From: Lytechinus pictus
Lineage: Eukaryota
Assembly: GCF_037042905.1 (NCBI RefSeq)
Contig: NC_087251.1
Coordinates: 25,298,001-25,362,000 of the forward strand
Direction of reading: 5' to 3'
Length of the DNA stretch: 64,000 nucleotides
Below are positions 62,763-64,000 of the stretch, in pieces (within the stretch, counting starts at the first letter, position 1; every line of letters begins with the position of its first letter). Below the pieces are notes generated by a model. That model made no database searches. It had not been told where the DNA came from and saw only the letters and a program-made list of their open reading frames with translations. Both the position numbers and the translations under genes were made by a program.

Positions 62763-64000
62763 AAAAATATATAATTGGAACTTACCTTGGCTTTAGTTTC
62801 AGTTATCCAGCAGTACAGTTGGCGTTGATGAATTTGACGTCCAAAACTAACTTCAGACGTGGTAAAATACTGTGTTTCTTGTAATATAATACTAGTCGCA
62901 ATGGCAGCTTTGTTTGCCGTGTAAATGCATGCAGTACGTGTATGGCGCGCCATCTGTTTCATAAAGGCGATAAACTCAGTTTATCGCCGAAAAACCTAGT
63001 TTATCAATCGAAAAACCTAGTTTTTCAATTGAAAAACTAAGTTTTTCGCCGATAAACTTAGTTTTTCGCCGATAAACTAAGTTTATCACTTGAAAAACTA
63101 AGTTTATCAAGAAAAACTAAGTTTATCGCCGAAAAACTTAGTTTTTCAATTGAAAAACTAGGTTTTTTTGATAAACCTAGTTTATCAATTGAAAAACTAA
63201 GTTTATCGGCGAAAAACTAAGTTTTTCACCGATAAACTAAGTTTTTCAATGAAAAACTAAGTTTTTCAATGAAAAACTAGGTTTTTCAAGTGAAAAGCAG
63301 AGTTTCTTGAAAAACTTAGTTTTTCGACTGATAAACTGAGTTTTTCTAGATAAACTGAGTTTTTCAAGTGATAAACTTAGTTTATCGGCGAAAAACTAGG
63401 TTTTTCAAGTGATAAACTTAGTTTTTCAATTCTGATAAACTAAGTTTTTCGAATCTGATAAACTGAGTTTTTCTAAGAACGCCATTTGTCCCATAAAGGC
63501 GATAAACTAGGTTTTTCAAGTGATAAACTTAGTTTTTCTAAGAACGCCATTTGTCCCATAAAGGCGATAAACTAGGTTTTTCGCCGATAAACTAGGTTTT
63601 TCAATTTCGATAAACTAAGTTTTTCAATTCGAAAAACTCAGTTTATCGAAATCGAAAAACTAAGTTTATCGAATCGAAAAACCTAGTTTATCGCCGATAA
63701 ACTTAGTTTTTCGCCGATAAACTAGGTTTTTCGATTTCGATAAACTAAGTTTTTCGAATTGAAAAACCTAGTTTATCGAAATTGAAAAACTCAGTTTATC
63801 GAATTTGTGTGCGGGCGCGCGCACGTACTGCATGCATTTACACGGCAAACAAAGCTGCCATTGCGATTATTACAAGAAACACAGTATTTTACCACTTTTA
63901 CCACGTCTGAAGTTAGTTTTGGACGTCAAATTCCTCAACGCCAACTGTACTGCTGGATAACTGAAACTAAAGCCAAGGTAAGTTCCAATTATATATTTTT
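62763..64000. repeat. ~180-bp inverted repeat arms (62763-62940 / 63822-64000) enclosing the array; may extend past window end
   Basis: ACTTACCTTGGCTTTAGTTTCAGTTATCCAGCAG.. vs ..CTGCTGGATAACTGAAACTAAAGCCAAGGTAAGT. Confidence 0.85.
62941..63805. repeat. Second palindrome array, same family and orientation as 44872
   Basis: First ~350 bp follow the 44872 array unit by unit; internal CGCCATTTGTCCCATAAAGGCG restarts near 63480 and 63545. Confidence 0.85.

Overview
AT-rich, intron-rich animal genomic DNA; the repeat families look sea-urchin/echinoderm-like, which is an inference from recalled repeat motifs and was not searched. Three spliced protein genes can be rebuilt with GT-AG introns and consistent phases: COA6 (+, 2 coding exons, 81 aa), APLF (+, 11 coding exons, 658 aa; FHA, Ku-binding motif, AT-hook-like motif, one intact and one degenerate PBZ finger, acidic histone-chaperone tail) and POLR2I/RPB9 (-, 5 coding exons, 130 aa). 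The rest is mostly non-autonomous transposons: TTAA-flanked Kolobok-like MITEs, 8-bp-TSD hAT-like MITEs, Helentron/HINE-like elements with ~160-bp cores, foldback elements, LINE remnants (RNase H I/Nimb-type, L2, RTE) and a four-level nested insertion. Standout observations: (1) a head-to-tail pair of ~190-bp SINE-like units (59259-59635) with a structurally intact 7SL RNA Alu-domain head joined to a tRNA-type B box, a Deu/Nin-like core and a (CA)n tail, i.e. a candidate invertebrate 7SL-derived SINE; (2) an AcademH-type element with 41-bp TIRs, a perfect 9-bp TSD and a RecQ helicase fragment in POLR2I intron 1; (3) arrays of 17-bp palindromes with variable spacers, plus several inverted duplications carrying outward-facing splice donors, in the gene-poor 45-64 kb region. 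All comparisons to known families are by eye from memory; no database search was run.
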